IMG/VR virus record: IMGVR_UViG_3300045740_000123
Coordinates: 1-64,000 of that record
Length of the DNA: 64,000 nucleotides
Source of the DNA: a virus
Strand: one strand, 5' to 3'
In this document: one piece after another, positions 46,827 to 57,597 of the stretch
How the letters are laid out: every line of letters starts with the position of its first letter
Numbering within the stretch: the first letter of the stretch is position 1
Position numbers and translations under genes: made by a program
The notes under the pieces: model-generated
The model's input: only the letters and a program-made list of their open reading frames with translations
Databases searched by the model: none
Told to the model about the DNA's origin: nothing

Positions 46827-47597
46827 ATGAAACTTCTCAAGTTCTCCAAAGGCAATGGGAAGCTCAGCAACCGTCTGATCTTTAGCTTGCCTGCTGGCTA
46901 CTCATGCCCACACGCTGGTGTGTGCAAGACCTTTGCTGATCGCACCACTGGTGCCATCACTGACCTGCCTCAGTACACAGGTGTGACAGCTGAACGGGAC
47001 TTCCGTTGCTTTGCTGCCATGGCAGAGGTACGGCCTAACGTACGGGAAGCACGTTGGCACAATTGGGATCTGCTGCGTGAAACCATTCACATGAATGGGA
47101 ATCAAGCCATGTTGATCCGTGATCTGATCGACCTCTCACTCTTGATGCAGCCGCCGAAAGATCTGATCCGCATCCATGAGTCTGGTGACTTCTGGACTGA
47201 GAACTACATGAAGGCTTGGATGATGGTTGCTCAAGGCAGACCCGAGCAGAGGTTCTATGCCTACACCAAATCCCTTGGGATGTGGTACAACCTGCGTGAC
47301 ATGATCCCATCCAACTTCTATCTCACTGCATCGCACGGTGGTACGCTCGACTACTTGATGGACAAGTATCCTGAGGTATTCACCAGGGTTGCTCACGTTG
47401 TGTACACAGAAGAACAAGCCGCAGAGCTTGGTCTTGAGATTGACCATGACGACAGCCACTGCCTTGGCGACAAGCCCTTCGCACTGCTGGTCCATGGCTC
47501 CCAGAGGGCTGGCTCTGAGGCAAGCAAGGCCCTTGCTCAACGTAAGAAGGATGGTGGATTTGTGGGATACAACAAAGCAAAACAGAAGACAACTTGA
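46827..47597 (+). CDS. phage Gp88-like protein
   Basis: FSLPAG.SCP, C.A, IRIHESGDF, FYAYTK. Confidence 0.75.
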   Translation: MKLLKFSKGNGKLSNRLIFSLPAGYSCPHAGVCKTFADRTTGAITDLPQYTGVTAERDFRCFAAMAEVRPNVREARWHNWDLLRETIHMNGNQAMLIRDLIDLSLLMQPPKDLIRIHESGDFWTENYMKAWMMVAQGRPEQRFYAYTKSLGMWYNLRDMIPSNFYLTASHGGTLDYLMDKYPEVFTRVAHVVYTEEQAAELGLEIDHDDSHCLGDKPFALLVHGSQRAGSEASKALAQRKKDGGFVGYNKAKQKTT

Positions 47598-47818
47598 AGA
47601 ACCTTGACGGGAATGAAAGATCGGATAGCATCTGTCCGTCTTTCATTCTTTTATGTCTTACATCATTGCCACTTGGAAAAATGGCAGGCCATTTGCCATT
47701 ACTGCGGCAACCACTCAATTCGAATTAATTCCGTTAGATTCAGATGTAGCACTTAACAAGATCTTCTCTCATCCCTACAGGGCTGGAGCACAACAGATCT
47801 TGTCTTGGATTAATAAAA

Positions 47819-49684
47819 ATGACACGGACCTTGCCACTGAACAACTCGAAGTTCGAGATGAAGCCCAGTTCCGTAAATGACAAGTGGTATGTCTTTGACA
47901 TTGAGACGGATGGACTTTATGACAAAGCTTCCAAAGTTCACTGCATTGTCCTCTATGAGGTCAACAGTAACAGCGTTTTGTCTTTTGGTCCTGACGGCAT
48001 TGACAATGCTCTTGAGTATCTGCGTAACGCTGATGTTCTTATTGGGCATAACATCTGCTTTTACGACATCCCAGTCTTAAAGAAATTATTCCCAGACTTT
48101 GAAACTAAAGCACGCATCATCGACACTCTCATTTGTTCACGTTTGATCTGGCCCAAGGAGGTTCTCTATGAGCTTGACATCGAACAATATCCGGAAGTTC
48201 CAAAGGCAAACCGTGGATCCCCATCACTTAAGGCATGGGGATGGCGATTGGCCAGTCATAAAATCGACTTCAAGGACTTCACGGAATACTCCCAGGAGAT
48301 GCTCGACTACTGCATCCAGGACGTGGCAGTTACCTTTAACCTATGGCAACTCATTGCTTCTCAAAACTATGCAGACTCCGCCCTTCTCTTGGAGCATGAC
48401 TTTGCTCTGGCGATTAACCGACAAATTAGATCAGGTGTTCCTTTCGATTTGGATGCTGCTCTTGATTTGGTGGATGGCCTCCGAGCAAAAGAAGCAGAAC
48501 TTGAAGCACACCTAAAACAAATCTTCCCACCAATCAAACATGAAACAACATTCATTCCAAAAGTAAATAATAAAAATCGTGGTTATGTCAAAGGAGAACC
48601 TTTCACTAAGGTCAGCTATGAAGAGTTCAATCCTGGATCTCGTCAGCAGATTGCTGATCGACTGCGCAAAAAGTACGGATGGACTCCAGAGAAAACAACT
48701 GAGAAAGGAAATCCAAGTATTGATGATGAAGTATTAGAACGGCTTCCGTATCCAGAAGCTAAGCCATTGGCAGAATATATGTTGATTAAGAAACGTCTTG
48801 GTCAAATTGCTGATGGTAACAATGCTTGGATCAAACTATTCAACAACGACACTGGTCGTGTACACGGCGACCTTATTACTAACGGTTGCATTACTGGGCG
48901 CTGTGCACACCGCAATCCAAACATGGGTCAGGTCCCAGCAGGTTACTCCCCTTATGGAAAAGAGTGCCGAAGTTTGTTCGTTCCTCCTGACGGGTGGGAT
49001 CTCATTGGCATTGACGCTAAAGCACTTGAGCTACGTTGCCTTGCTGGATATCTCGCCTACTGGGATGATGGTGAATACGCAAAGCTGGTAACAGATGAAT
49101 CAATTGATATCCATACCTACAACCAAAAACAATTTGGTGTAGAGACCAGGGACATCAGCAAGCGTTTGCTCTATGGCATGCTCTATGGATGCGGCTCTGT
49201 AAAAGCTGGATCAATCATTGATCCCAATCTTAAAGATGAAGATGAACTGCGCATTCTTGGTCGTGATGCCATCGATGGTTTTATGCGTGGGGTGCCTGCA
49301 CTAAAAGCACTCAAGATGGAAATCGATAAAACCATTGGCCTACGTGGTTATCTCATTGGTCTTGATCGTCGTCAGTTGTATTGTCGTTCTGCATTTAAAG
49401 GACTAAATGTATTACTGCAATCAGCGGGCGCTATCTTAATGAAGCAAGTTGTTATTAACATCCAGAACAACATCAAAACAAACCTTGGTTTGGAATACGA
49501 TCACGACTGGCAACAACTGTTGATGGTGCATGATGAAGTGCAGCTAGCTTGCAAACCTGAATACACCGAAGCCATCCGGGAGCAGGCCATGCTTGCTTTC
49601 CCGCAAGCACAGGAATTCTTTGGATTCCGTTGCAGTATTGAGGGGGATTCCAGGGTAGGATCCGACTGGTCGCAGACCCACTGA
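47819..49684 (+). CDS. polA: T7-like family A DNA polymerase (start probably 47858)
   Basis: Exo FDIETDG, GHNI..YD, YCIQDV; polymerase DAKALELR, KRLLYGMLYG, VHDE. Confidence 0.95.
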   Translation: MTRTLPLNNSKFEMKPSSVNDKWYVFDIETDGLYDKASKVHCIVLYEVNSNSVLSFGPDGIDNALEYLRNADVLIGHNICFYDIPVLKKLFPDFETKARIIDTLICSRLIWPKEVLYELDIEQYPEVPKANRGSPSLKAWGWRLASHKIDFKDFTEYSQEMLDYCIQDVAVTFNLWQLIASQNYADSALLLEHDFALAINRQIRSGVPFDLDAALDLVDGLRAKEAELEAHLKQIFPPIKHETTFIPKVNNKNRGYVKGEPFTKVSYEEFNPGSRQQIADRLRKKYGWTPEKTTEKGNPSIDDEVLERLPYPEAKPLAEYMLIKKRLGQIADGNNAWIKLFNNDTGRVHGDLITNGCITGRCAHRNPNMGQVPAGYSPYGKECRSLFVPPDGWDLIGIDAKALELRCLAGYLAYWDDGEYAKLVTDESIDIHTYNQKQFGVETRDISKRLLYGMLYGCGSVKAGSIIDPNLKDEDELRILGRDAIDGFMRGVPALKALKMEIDKTIGLRGYLIGLDRRQLYCRSAFKGLNVLLQSAGAILMKQVVINIQNNIKTNLGLEYDHDWQQLLMVHDEVQLACKPEYTEAIREQAMLAFPQAQEFFGFRCSIEGDSRVGSDWSQTH

Positions 49685-49947
49685 TGGATTACCTTGACAT
49701 CACCAAAGTAGAGCAGTGTCCGGCCTGTGAAGTCAGCTGGATTCATTCCTATATTCCTCAAGAATCAATCGATAAAGGTTATTATTCACCTGATTCGAAA
49801 TTCTTTAGCCGTGTTATTGGTGTGGAGTATTTGGGCACTGACCGTGTTAATCATTATCAGTGTCCTGATTGTGGTAAATGTTGGAATCGAAAAGGTGAGA
49901 TGATTGAAGTTAAACATAAACCAGTTGATCTCTCGTCCTTGAGGTAA
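49684..49947 (+). CDS. small Zn-ribbon protein
   Basis: CPAC ... CPDC. Confidence 0.6.
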   Translation: MDYLDITKVEQCPACEVSWIHSYIPQESIDKGYYSPDSKFFSRVIGVEYLGTDRVNHYQCPDCGKCWNRKGEMIEVKHKPVDLSSLR

Positions 49948-49984
49948 GACGTTAAACTGCCTCTCACACAAACTGTTTGAATCC

Positions 49985-50797
49985 ATGAACCAAGTCTTTG
50001 TTTGCGCTGAAACTACTGAACAGCCCCGCGAGGTTTACACCTCAGCAACCTCAACTGCAATTCGATGCAATGTAATGTTGCCTCCTGTTGGCAACAAAGC
50101 AGCAACACCAATCGAACTTAACGTCTACGGCAAAAACTCTGAGCGTTTTGCACGTACACCTAAGGGTTCTCAGATTTACATCCATGGTGCAAAGCTTCGT
50201 TTTGATCTAGAGACCAGGACTTATTCGTTGCATGGTGGCATCATTGCTCCTGTTAACGAATCTTTCCCCATCTTTAATACAGTCATCCTCTCTGGACGCT
50301 GCGTTAAAGACATCAGTCAAGATGATTCGCGTGCCTTTAAGGCAACGGCTGATGGCCTGATGATCTGCAATCAAACCCTCTCCGTTAACACCGGACGTAA
50401 TCAAGCAGATCTCTTTAACTTCTACGCCATCAACTCAACAGATGACAAGTTAAACAATGCAGAACTGCTTGTTAACTTCACCCGTAAGGGCACTGGTCTG
50501 ACGATCCAAGGTCGTCTGGTTACAGATTCCTGGACGGATAAAGAAACCAAGGAACGTCGTATTGCAACCAAGATTCAATTGGTTTCGATGACGCTTGCTC
50601 CCAAGGTGGGAGATGGTGCTGCCAAAACGGTAACCAATCAGACAACCGTGACCTCTGATGACAAAGTAACCTCCCTCTGGGGTGGTCGCCGTGCAGAAGA
50701 AGCTGGTGACCCATGGACCCAGGCATCTGGTGGTGGTCTGCCTGATCTGCCAGGTCACTACGGTGCAGCACCAGATATGGAAGAGGTTCCATTCTGA
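49985..50797 (+). CDS. ssb: single-stranded DNA-binding protein with two OB-like halves
   Basis: MNQVF../NTVILSGR, KGTGLTIQGRL..DSWTDKET, EEVPF tail. Confidence 0.75.
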   Translation: MNQVFVCAETTEQPREVYTSATSTAIRCNVMLPPVGNKAATPIELNVYGKNSERFARTPKGSQIYIHGAKLRFDLETRTYSLHGGIIAPVNESFPIFNTVILSGRCVKDISQDDSRAFKATADGLMICNQTLSVNTGRNQADLFNFYAINSTDDKLNNAELLVNFTRKGTGLTIQGRLVTDSWTDKETKERRIATKIQLVSMTLAPKVGDGAAKTVTNQTTVTSDDKVTSLWGGRRAEEAGDPWTQASGGGLPDLPGHYGAAPDMEEVPF

Positions 50798-51092
50798 TGA
50801 CAACTCCAACTCACGATCAATTCACTCTGCTCTACGAAGATGAAGACACCAAGGTTCTTCATGAATTCAAAGGGGTCGTCGCTGACGATGTGATTCAACA
50901 CATGATTGATTTCCTCAAAGGGTGTGGGTACATGGAAGGCAGCATCTTTGAAACCATGAAGGAGCTGTCTGAGATGTACTTCGATTCATTAAGTACTCAG
51001 CAGTACGTGATGAAATGGGACAAGACTGAGGCAGAATGAGGCCACGTCCTGGGATGACGTTAAACTCATCCACCTCTGACTACGAAACAACC

Positions 51093-52109
51093 ATGACTTC
51101 TTCCATGACCACCAAGAAAACTGCTGCGCTTGCAACCCGTGGACTCGACTCCTTCCGGATGTTTCAGTCCAAAGAATTTGTATCTGGTTACCAGAACCTC
51201 GTCACCATTCAACCCCTAAACAAATCAAAAGTACGCGGATGGTTCATCCGTAAATCTGATCTTGATACCTGCGGTTGGACTGCAACTGAAGATCAGTTTG
51301 CTAAAGGTTCTGTCATTTGGGATTACAAGCAAACCTTTGGCATGGCTCCCAATACTTCCGTTGAAGAAGGCCTTAACTTCACTGAGCCACGCATTCAAAT
51401 CCTGCTGCGTTCTCCTCTGATGGTTGAAGAAACCACAGGGATGCGTCAAACGATTGGTACCTTTGAACACCCAGAGGTCAAGGAATTATTTGATGCTGAC
51501 AAGATTGCAGCCGACCTTGCCAACAGCAAGGGCGAGATGTACAAGCGTAAGTACAGCGTGCGCACTAAGTACCTCATCTACATCGTGACTGAGGACAACA
51601 AGCGTGCCCATAAGATCCCGATGGTCCTTACCCTCAAAGGTCTGAACGGCACTGATGTGTCCGATAAAGTCAAGATGTACGAGAAGGAAATGTCCAAGTG
51701 CCTGAGCAAGGCTCTGGATTCCGAAGTGCCCCTTGCCTTCAATGAAAAGTTCTACGCCACTACCGTATTTGCTCCGGTACTTGCCAATGAAATGCGTGGA
51801 GCCAACAACGTTGAGATCTGCGCAATTGAATCTTTTGACATCCCTGATTACAGCGACCAAGATGCCGCCATCGAATCGCTGAGCCGCATGTCGATTCCTG
51901 ATGAAGATCGCGAATCAACCTGGAAGTTTCAGGAAATGTTTGGTGATTACATCAACCAGCATGCACGGCAGGATGCAGAGAAACTTGGCGGTGCTTATGG
52001 CATCAAGCAAGGCGTGGAGATCCTGCCCGTCTCCCGCACCACCGATGCAGTCGATGTGAAAGCACTGCCTGCTCGTGATCCCCTCACCGGAGAGGACGAT
52101 TCACTTTGA
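51093..52109 (+). CDS. conserved cyanobacterial/cyanophage protein (DUF5895-like)
   Basis: RTKYLIY.V..DNK..H.IP.VLTLKG motif; ATG after leader pseudoknot. Confidence 0.5.
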   Translation: MTSSMTTKKTAALATRGLDSFRMFQSKEFVSGYQNLVTIQPLNKSKVRGWFIRKSDLDTCGWTATEDQFAKGSVIWDYKQTFGMAPNTSVEEGLNFTEPRIQILLRSPLMVEETTGMRQTIGTFEHPEVKELFDADKIAADLANSKGEMYKRKYSVRTKYLIYIVTEDNKRAHKIPMVLTLKGLNGTDVSDKVKMYEKEMSKCLSKALDSEVPLAFNEKFYATTVFAPVLANEMRGANNVEICAIESFDIPDYSDQDAAIESLSRMSIPDEDRESTWKFQEMFGDYINQHARQDAEKLGGAYGIKQGVEILPVSRTTDAVDVKALPARDPLTGEDDSL

Positions 52110-52361
52110 TGTAATGTCGGGGTTTCCCAAGTCGTTTTGTTCAACAGCTACGTTGTTGAAGATAAACATATCTTGGACTAAACCCCGTATTACGCCTTGA
52201 CGTTGAGTGGCAATCCTCGCCAAGAGGGTTGCCATTTCTCGTAACGTACTAACCGAATCACATTCTTGAATGGAACGTTTGATTTTTTCTTCCCAAAACT
52301 TATCATCAAGACTCGGTTCTATTTGAAATCTAGTTAAAGGTACGTATTTAATTTCGTCCAT
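52101..52361 (-). CDS. small helical protein
   Basis: 86-aa ORF. Confidence 0.5.
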   Translation of the reverse strand: MDEIKYVPLTRFQIEPSLDDKFWEEKIKRSIQECDSVSTLREMATLLARIATQRQGVIRGLVQDMFIFNNVAVEQNDLGNPDITSK

Positions 52362-52685
52362 TTTGTATTAAATTGTTACGCTTATTCTAATGCCTCAGTA
52401 AAAACCATTTCCAAACTTTACAAAGTATCAAGATTTACAGTCATGGACAACCCTGAAAAAGCTGCAGTTAAAGAAGGACTAACTACAGCTGTTATCGGCA
52501 GTGTTGCTGCCACACTCCTTGCTAATCCTGTTTGCTGGGCTGCTGTTATCTATGGAACGTATCGGATGGGTAAGGCAGCTTACCGGCGGGCCAAGATCAA
52601 TGCTAAGATCAAGGCGAACAAAGCGCTGGAGGACACGTCCTTCTGGCACGTTTGATTCCCACTCAACTCAATCCAACTCAAACCA

Positions 52686-53630
52686 ATGTCCGTCCAACAT
52701 CAGACTGAACTCAACTCGGCGCAAGCTCTTATTTATTCTCGCTCCAACATCCGGCGGGCGTATCCGGAATTTGATGACACCTCAATCGCTGGCATTTATC
52801 TGCGAGGCGATCATTGTCTTGTGGTGCGTCATGATGGCACTGAGCAAATCTACGACCGGTCACTAATCAAGACCGCGTTTCAGTCTTACACAAACCGTCT
52901 CAAAGATTTCTTTTCTTACCTTGGTCCCAATTACCGTGGCCCTAGTGTATGGCATAACAATGCTTACATTCTTTTTAAGGGCTGGAACTACTCGCACGCA
53001 CTCGGACACCTGACTTCCAATGCCAAGCTTCAGGCGCACTGGGCAGATAAATTCATACATGTATCAGACCCCGAAAAGATCAAAGTGCTCCTTCAGTCTG
53101 ACCAAACGGACTTGGGCCATTTGGTGGCGCCTGACGGACTTCGGCTTCCGAATCGGCCACTTGATATGGACGGTGAATTGGATGATGTGCAAGAACAACA
53201 GTCCTCGTTTGGTGAACCTAGTTGTTCATGTGGGTCCTTTCAACGCCAGCTTTCAAATCTATCTGCTTTCCAAGAAGAGATCCAAGGCTTTAAACCATGG
53301 TGCATCCACCTGACGTGGTTTAACAAATACAGGGAACTGCTGTGCAAGCGCACAGATGTACGGAATGCGAGTCCCAGCGGCACACCAGATAAGTGTGTTG
53401 CCTGGTGGTATGCACCGCCCGCTGATCACATCAGTGATGGACGCTTTGTTCTGCTCCATACCAAGTCCGGTGCTCAAGCTCCCCTCTCCCACTGGCGTAC
53501 CTACAAACCACAAGAGGTGTTCACACAACACCATGCCTGGGATCTTTTCTTCAATATGATGGAGGCTGGTTACACACCATTCCCTGGTGTCTCATTGCCA
53601 CAACTCAAAGCTGCTGTTAAAAAGCAATGA
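52686..53630 (+). CDS. SWIM-like Zn-finger protein
   Basis: CSCGSF...WCIH. Confidence 0.6.
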   Translation: MSVQHQTELNSAQALIYSRSNIRRAYPEFDDTSIAGIYLRGDHCLVVRHDGTEQIYDRSLIKTAFQSYTNRLKDFFSYLGPNYRGPSVWHNNAYILFKGWNYSHALGHLTSNAKLQAHWADKFIHVSDPEKIKVLLQSDQTDLGHLVAPDGLRLPNRPLDMDGELDDVQEQQSSFGEPSCSCGSFQRQLSNLSAFQEEIQGFKPWCIHLTWFNKYRELLCKRTDVRNASPSGTPDKCVAWWYAPPADHISDGRFVLLHTKSGAQAPLSHWRTYKPQEVFTQHHAWDLFFNMMEAGYTPFPGVSLPQLKAAVKKQ

Positions 53631-54011
53631 CGGACGAAGAGTTGTACGAGCATGCACTATCACTTGCTATGAAAGTATCCGAGCAACCCATGATGTTGTC
53701 CAACGGCAAATACTCTTTGCACCTTGAGGTTGATGAAGACACCTACTGGGGTCTGATTAAACTTGGCGCAGAGATCAGGACTGATTGTGAAACCTATGCA
53801 GAAAACATCCTCATTGGGCATGTCGAATCCGGACTCGATCGACAAGCTACAGATTGAATGCATTGATGAAGAGGATGGTTCCGCAACCATCCGTATTGAT
53901 TGGGATGAAACAGATCCTGATCTCCAATGGTGGACCGACTTGGGTCCAGAAGGACAAGAAACGTTTATGATTGATGCGCTAACAAACGCACTCGATTCTT
54001 ACTCTTAGGTT

Positions 54012-54647
54012 ATGGCCTTCCAAAGCGTCTGGTATGAGACTGAACTTCCTTCTGAAGTCATCAGGCTTGTTGAATCTGTACTCGAAGAAAAGTATGACGA
54101 AGATCTAATCAACTCTGTTGTTGGTGAAGGGGGCGGCGGTGTCATTAATGAAAAGGTTCGCAAAGCAAAAAATGCTTGGCTTCCTGCCAGCCATTGGGTT
54201 GCAGGTTTTGTTATGCATTATGTCAACTTAGCTAACCTCCAAAACTTCCGTTATGACATCATTGGTCTGGATGGTCAATCTGCTCAGTACACCGTCTATG
54301 ACAAAGGTGAGTTCTACAACTGGCATGTAGATCAAGGCATCTCATCTTTCTATAAACCTGAACATAACAATGGTCATGGTTTTAGTGAAGAAGTTATTAA
54401 GGATGACATCATCCCCAAAGGTGAGCTGGTCCGTAAACTTTCGTTCTCTCTTCAGTTATCTGATGAAGATGAGTACAAAGGTGGTGATCTACAAATCATG
54501 GATGAAGGTGAATCAATGTATGACGTTCCCAAAAAGAAGGGACTTCTGGTTTGCTTTGACTCCAGGGCTCGTCACCGCGTTACAAAAGTAACGTCTGGTC
54601 GCCGTAAATCCTTGGTAGGCTGGGTCGTTGGACCTCGTTGGCGTTGA
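54012..54647 (+). CDS. 2OG-Fe(II) oxygenase
   Basis: QYTVY..GEFYNWHVD, RKLSFSLQLS...EY.GG, HRVTKVTSG.RKSLVGW. Confidence 0.92.
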   Translation: MAFQSVWYETELPSEVIRLVESVLEEKYDEDLINSVVGEGGGGVINEKVRKAKNAWLPASHWVAGFVMHYVNLANLQNFRYDIIGLDGQSAQYTVYDKGEFYNWHVDQGISSFYKPEHNNGHGFSEEVIKDDIIPKGELVRKLSFSLQLSDEDEYKGGDLQIMDEGESMYDVPKKKGLLVCFDSRARHRVTKVTSGRRKSLVGWVVGPRWR

Positions 54648-55057
54648 CCTTTCTTCGAATCATGGCATTTGATACCTACGGACTTAGTACTGAACAGTAC
54701 GTAAAGTTCTTCAAAGACAACGTCAGGCTTTCTGCCAGGCTTTATCTGGATACTTGCAACATCCTTTCTGCTGAAGGTGCTGGCAATGTTGATTTCAAAA
54801 CAGTTCTTGATATGTATCAAGAAGCTGTCTATGCCGCTAACGATGACTGTCGCAAGTACCAAAAGATCAACAACCCTGAAGCCATCAAGGACAATGACAT
54901 CTTTGGCTTGACCCCTTCCAGGGAAGAGCTGATGGAGGAAATCAAGTCTGTTAACGCCAAGGTCGAAGCCTTGACTGACTACATTGCTGAGTTGGTCAAG
55001 GTCACAGCCAATGGTCTCAACGGCTTGGCCGAAACCTTTGATGAGGCACTGACTTGA
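54638..55057 (+). CDS. hypothetical protein
   Basis: 139-aa ORF. Confidence 0.55.
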   Translation: MALTFLRIMAFDTYGLSTEQYVKFFKDNVRLSARLYLDTCNILSAEGAGNVDFKTVLDMYQEAVYAANDDCRKYQKINNPEAIKDNDIFGLTPSREELMEEIKSVNAKVEALTDYIAELVKVTANGLNGLAETFDEALT

Positions 55058-55268
55058 CAGGCCTGGTAGACTGACGGTTCCCACCGGGAGTGGGCGTCCT
55101 GGTCATGACGTAAAACTGACCACACCTTCTAATCAAATTCAACTCATGTTTGAAACTTTTCTTGGCGCTCTTATTCCTGTTGTTAAAGATTTACTTTGGG
55201 CAGCGGCAGGCATGCTGCTGACCTACGCAATCAACAAAATTCAATCTCACTTCCAACACATCTGAGTC

Positions 55269-55982
55269 ATGTCTCAAATCACCAAGACTAAGCTTGAGGA
55301 CCTTAACGTCATCAAGCTGTACGAGCACTATGGTGCCCTGGAGCGCTCTCTTCCTCTCCTCACTCCTGAGTCCCAAGAACTGGCAAAAGCTGAGCTGGAA
55401 GCTTGTGCCGACCTGCGTTCAGAAAAGATTGATCGCATTTACTACGCAATGGCAGCGCACGAAGATGCCTTGGAGCGTATTAAAAAAGAATCTGATCTAA
55501 TCACACAGGCTAAGAGGCATCACGAATCACAACTACAGTCTCTTAAAAATCTATTAAGCTGGCTGAGGCGGGTGCTTCCGTTGGACACCAGCCGTATTCA
55601 AGGCAAAAATTATGAGTTTGTCCTCAGCAAGAAAAAGGAACTCACGGTCGAGATCACGTCAGATCCAGAGTTTTGGCACTCTGACGAAAGAAAACTTTAT
55701 TGCATTGAACAAGAAACAACCACAACCAAACGAGTCGTGGTACGTTCAATGTCGGGAACAGTCATCTCAGAAAGAACTGAACCCAAAACTAAACTCGAAG
55801 TACTCCCAAATCTCGATGCAATCCGTAATGCCTATCAAGAAGGACGCCCCATCCCGCACGGTGTCAAAGTGGAACAGCAATATGCAGTCCGAAAAAACAG
55901 AATCTTCACCACTAAGCGGATGGCCGCACAAGCACCCGAATATATCGGAGAACTTCTATCAGAACCTGACGGCGCCGAATGA
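55269..55982 (+). CDS. Gp157/Gam-like coiled-coil protein
   Basis: SEKIDRI...IKKE..L...K, PNLDAIR.A...G..IP.GV. Confidence 0.65.
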   Translation: MSQITKTKLEDLNVIKLYEHYGALERSLPLLTPESQELAKAELEACADLRSEKIDRIYYAMAAHEDALERIKKESDLITQAKRHHESQLQSLKNLLSWLRRVLPLDTSRIQGKNYEFVLSKKKELTVEITSDPEFWHSDERKLYCIEQETTTTKRVVVRSMSGTVISERTEPKTKLEVLPNLDAIRNAYQEGRPIPHGVKVEQQYAVRKNRIFTTKRMAAQAPEYIGELLSEPDGAE

Positions 55983-56258
55983 TCTGGAAGATGCTCACAT
56001 CCTTATGTCCTGCTACCAGCAGGCAGTAGACGACTTCCGTCTACAAATTCAAATGGTTGAGATGGAACTCTCCATGCTTTGCCAAGGAGAAGAGCCACCT
56101 GCTTACCTGGAATCCAAGGTGGATGAGCTTGAATCTAAAAAACTCAAGCTCATGAGCGGTATGCGGTACAACCAGAATGCACGCAATGCTTATTGGTATG
56201 TCACCGCACGGGGCAATAAATAAACTGCAATACAATAAGTAGATGCAAGAGGAGTCCC

Positions 56259-56516
56259 ATGGGCGGCGATCCAGTTCTGAACAAGTTAATTGCTGGGTTT
56301 ACCAACGATGGGACTCCTTTAGCTGCAACCATTGGTTCAAAGATTGAGAATGGTGTCGTCATCTTGACGGCAGCCATGCTTGCTAATGAAAACCTTGCAG
56401 CTTCCATGGATGCAGAAGAAATGGTAGATGCTGCAATCAATTATTACAACATCATTCAAGAACGCATTGGTTACTACGAAAGTACCAAAGTTCAATCTTT
56501 AGAGCGTCTAATCTGA
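56259..56516 (+). CDS. hypothetical protein
   Basis: GAGGAG RBS, 85 aa. Confidence 0.6.
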   Translation: MGGDPVLNKLIAGFTNDGTPLAATIGSKIENGVVILTAAMLANENLAASMDAEEMVDAAINYYNIIQERIGYYESTKVQSLERLI

Positions 56517-56748
56517 TTAAAGTTTGCTGCTAAAGTATTTTGGTCTTCAATGGTTTAGATGGAACCGGTAACTGTGCCTAAGTTGACTGTCTCGTTTGCA
56601 GTTGACGTTGATGTGGAGTACAACTCCTTTGGCGGCAAAACAGCAGATGAGATTGCAGAGGCCTTGCAAGATGGTCTTGATGACCTTTTGTTTGAACTCT
56701 CACCTAACGTCAAAGGTGTCTATACTTCTGTCACAGCGGTGAATTTCA

Positions 56749-57048
56749 ATGACTGACGACCTTGCTAAAAAACTGAAAACTGCTGGTGCTTTTGATACGC
56801 CCTGGCTGAAAGAACAACTTCTCAACTGGGATGTTAAGGCTGAGCAGAAGAAAGCTGATTTCATGGAACACATGTATCAGTGTTCTGCACGTACCAATGG
56901 TCTTTACACTGGTCTGTGGCAAGACTTCTGCCTTAAAGAGGCAGGTCCCTACTGCCGAGATGAATTCTATAATCGCATTGAATTCATTGAAAAACTAAAG
57001 GCTGGAGAGTTTGATGATCAGGAAATGCAAATTCCTTTGACTGTTTAA
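56749..57048 (+). CDS. hypothetical protein
   Basis: FMEHMYQCS.R.NGLYTGLWQ. Confidence 0.6.
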   Translation: MTDDLAKKLKTAGAFDTPWLKEQLLNWDVKAEQKKADFMEHMYQCSARTNGLYTGLWQDFCLKEAGPYCRDEFYNRIEFIEKLKAGEFDDQEMQIPLTV

Positions 57049-57597
57049 ACAACATTCGTTTTTAGAATAGAAGGACGCGATCAAGCGTCTTTTTTATTTT
57101 TATATGGACTCCCGCAGCTCAATCGATTTACTGCGTCAACTTGATATCAACTACATCATTTACGTCGCATTGTCACATGATGACAAATGTAAAGATCCCG
57201 TTTCCGCCGAATGGCTTCAGGGTTATCATCAAGCAGTAAATGATGCCTCTGAATTCCTGCGCAATGGCAAACCTTGAAGACGTTTACGCACAAGCTTCTG
57301 AACTGTTCCCCAGTAAAAGGTTGGCCCAGGAGACGGCAAATAAAATCTTTAACGAGTCCAAGCAGTCGGCAAAGAACAGACTAGAAGAGTACCTGGGTGA
57401 TACCATTTCTGAATTCGTTGATACCAATTGCCTGACTGGTGAGGAGTTCTACGAGGTTCTCGTGGACTGTGTTCGTAAGAACTGGGAGTACTACCAGCGC
57501 AATGCTGACTGCAATAAAAACCTTCTTAATCTATTGAAACCACAATCTTCTGTTGAACTAGAAGAATACACAAAGAAATAAATTTTGTTTTGTGTTG

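Larger units (their letters stand above)
36349..55122 (+). repeat. six dispersed H-type pseudoknot leader elements (consensus CGTC-C-TGRNCA-N-GACG-TTAAAC-TGNYCA)
   Basis: 36349-36376, 37816-37843, 46765-46793, 49934-49963, 51045-51072, 55095-55122; compensatory changes in stems. Confidence 0.8.

Noticed and set aside
36349-55122. Dispersed repeats as a CRISPR array or attC sites
   Set aside because: Not regularly spaced, no cas or integrase gene, and the covariation fits an RNA pseudoknot.
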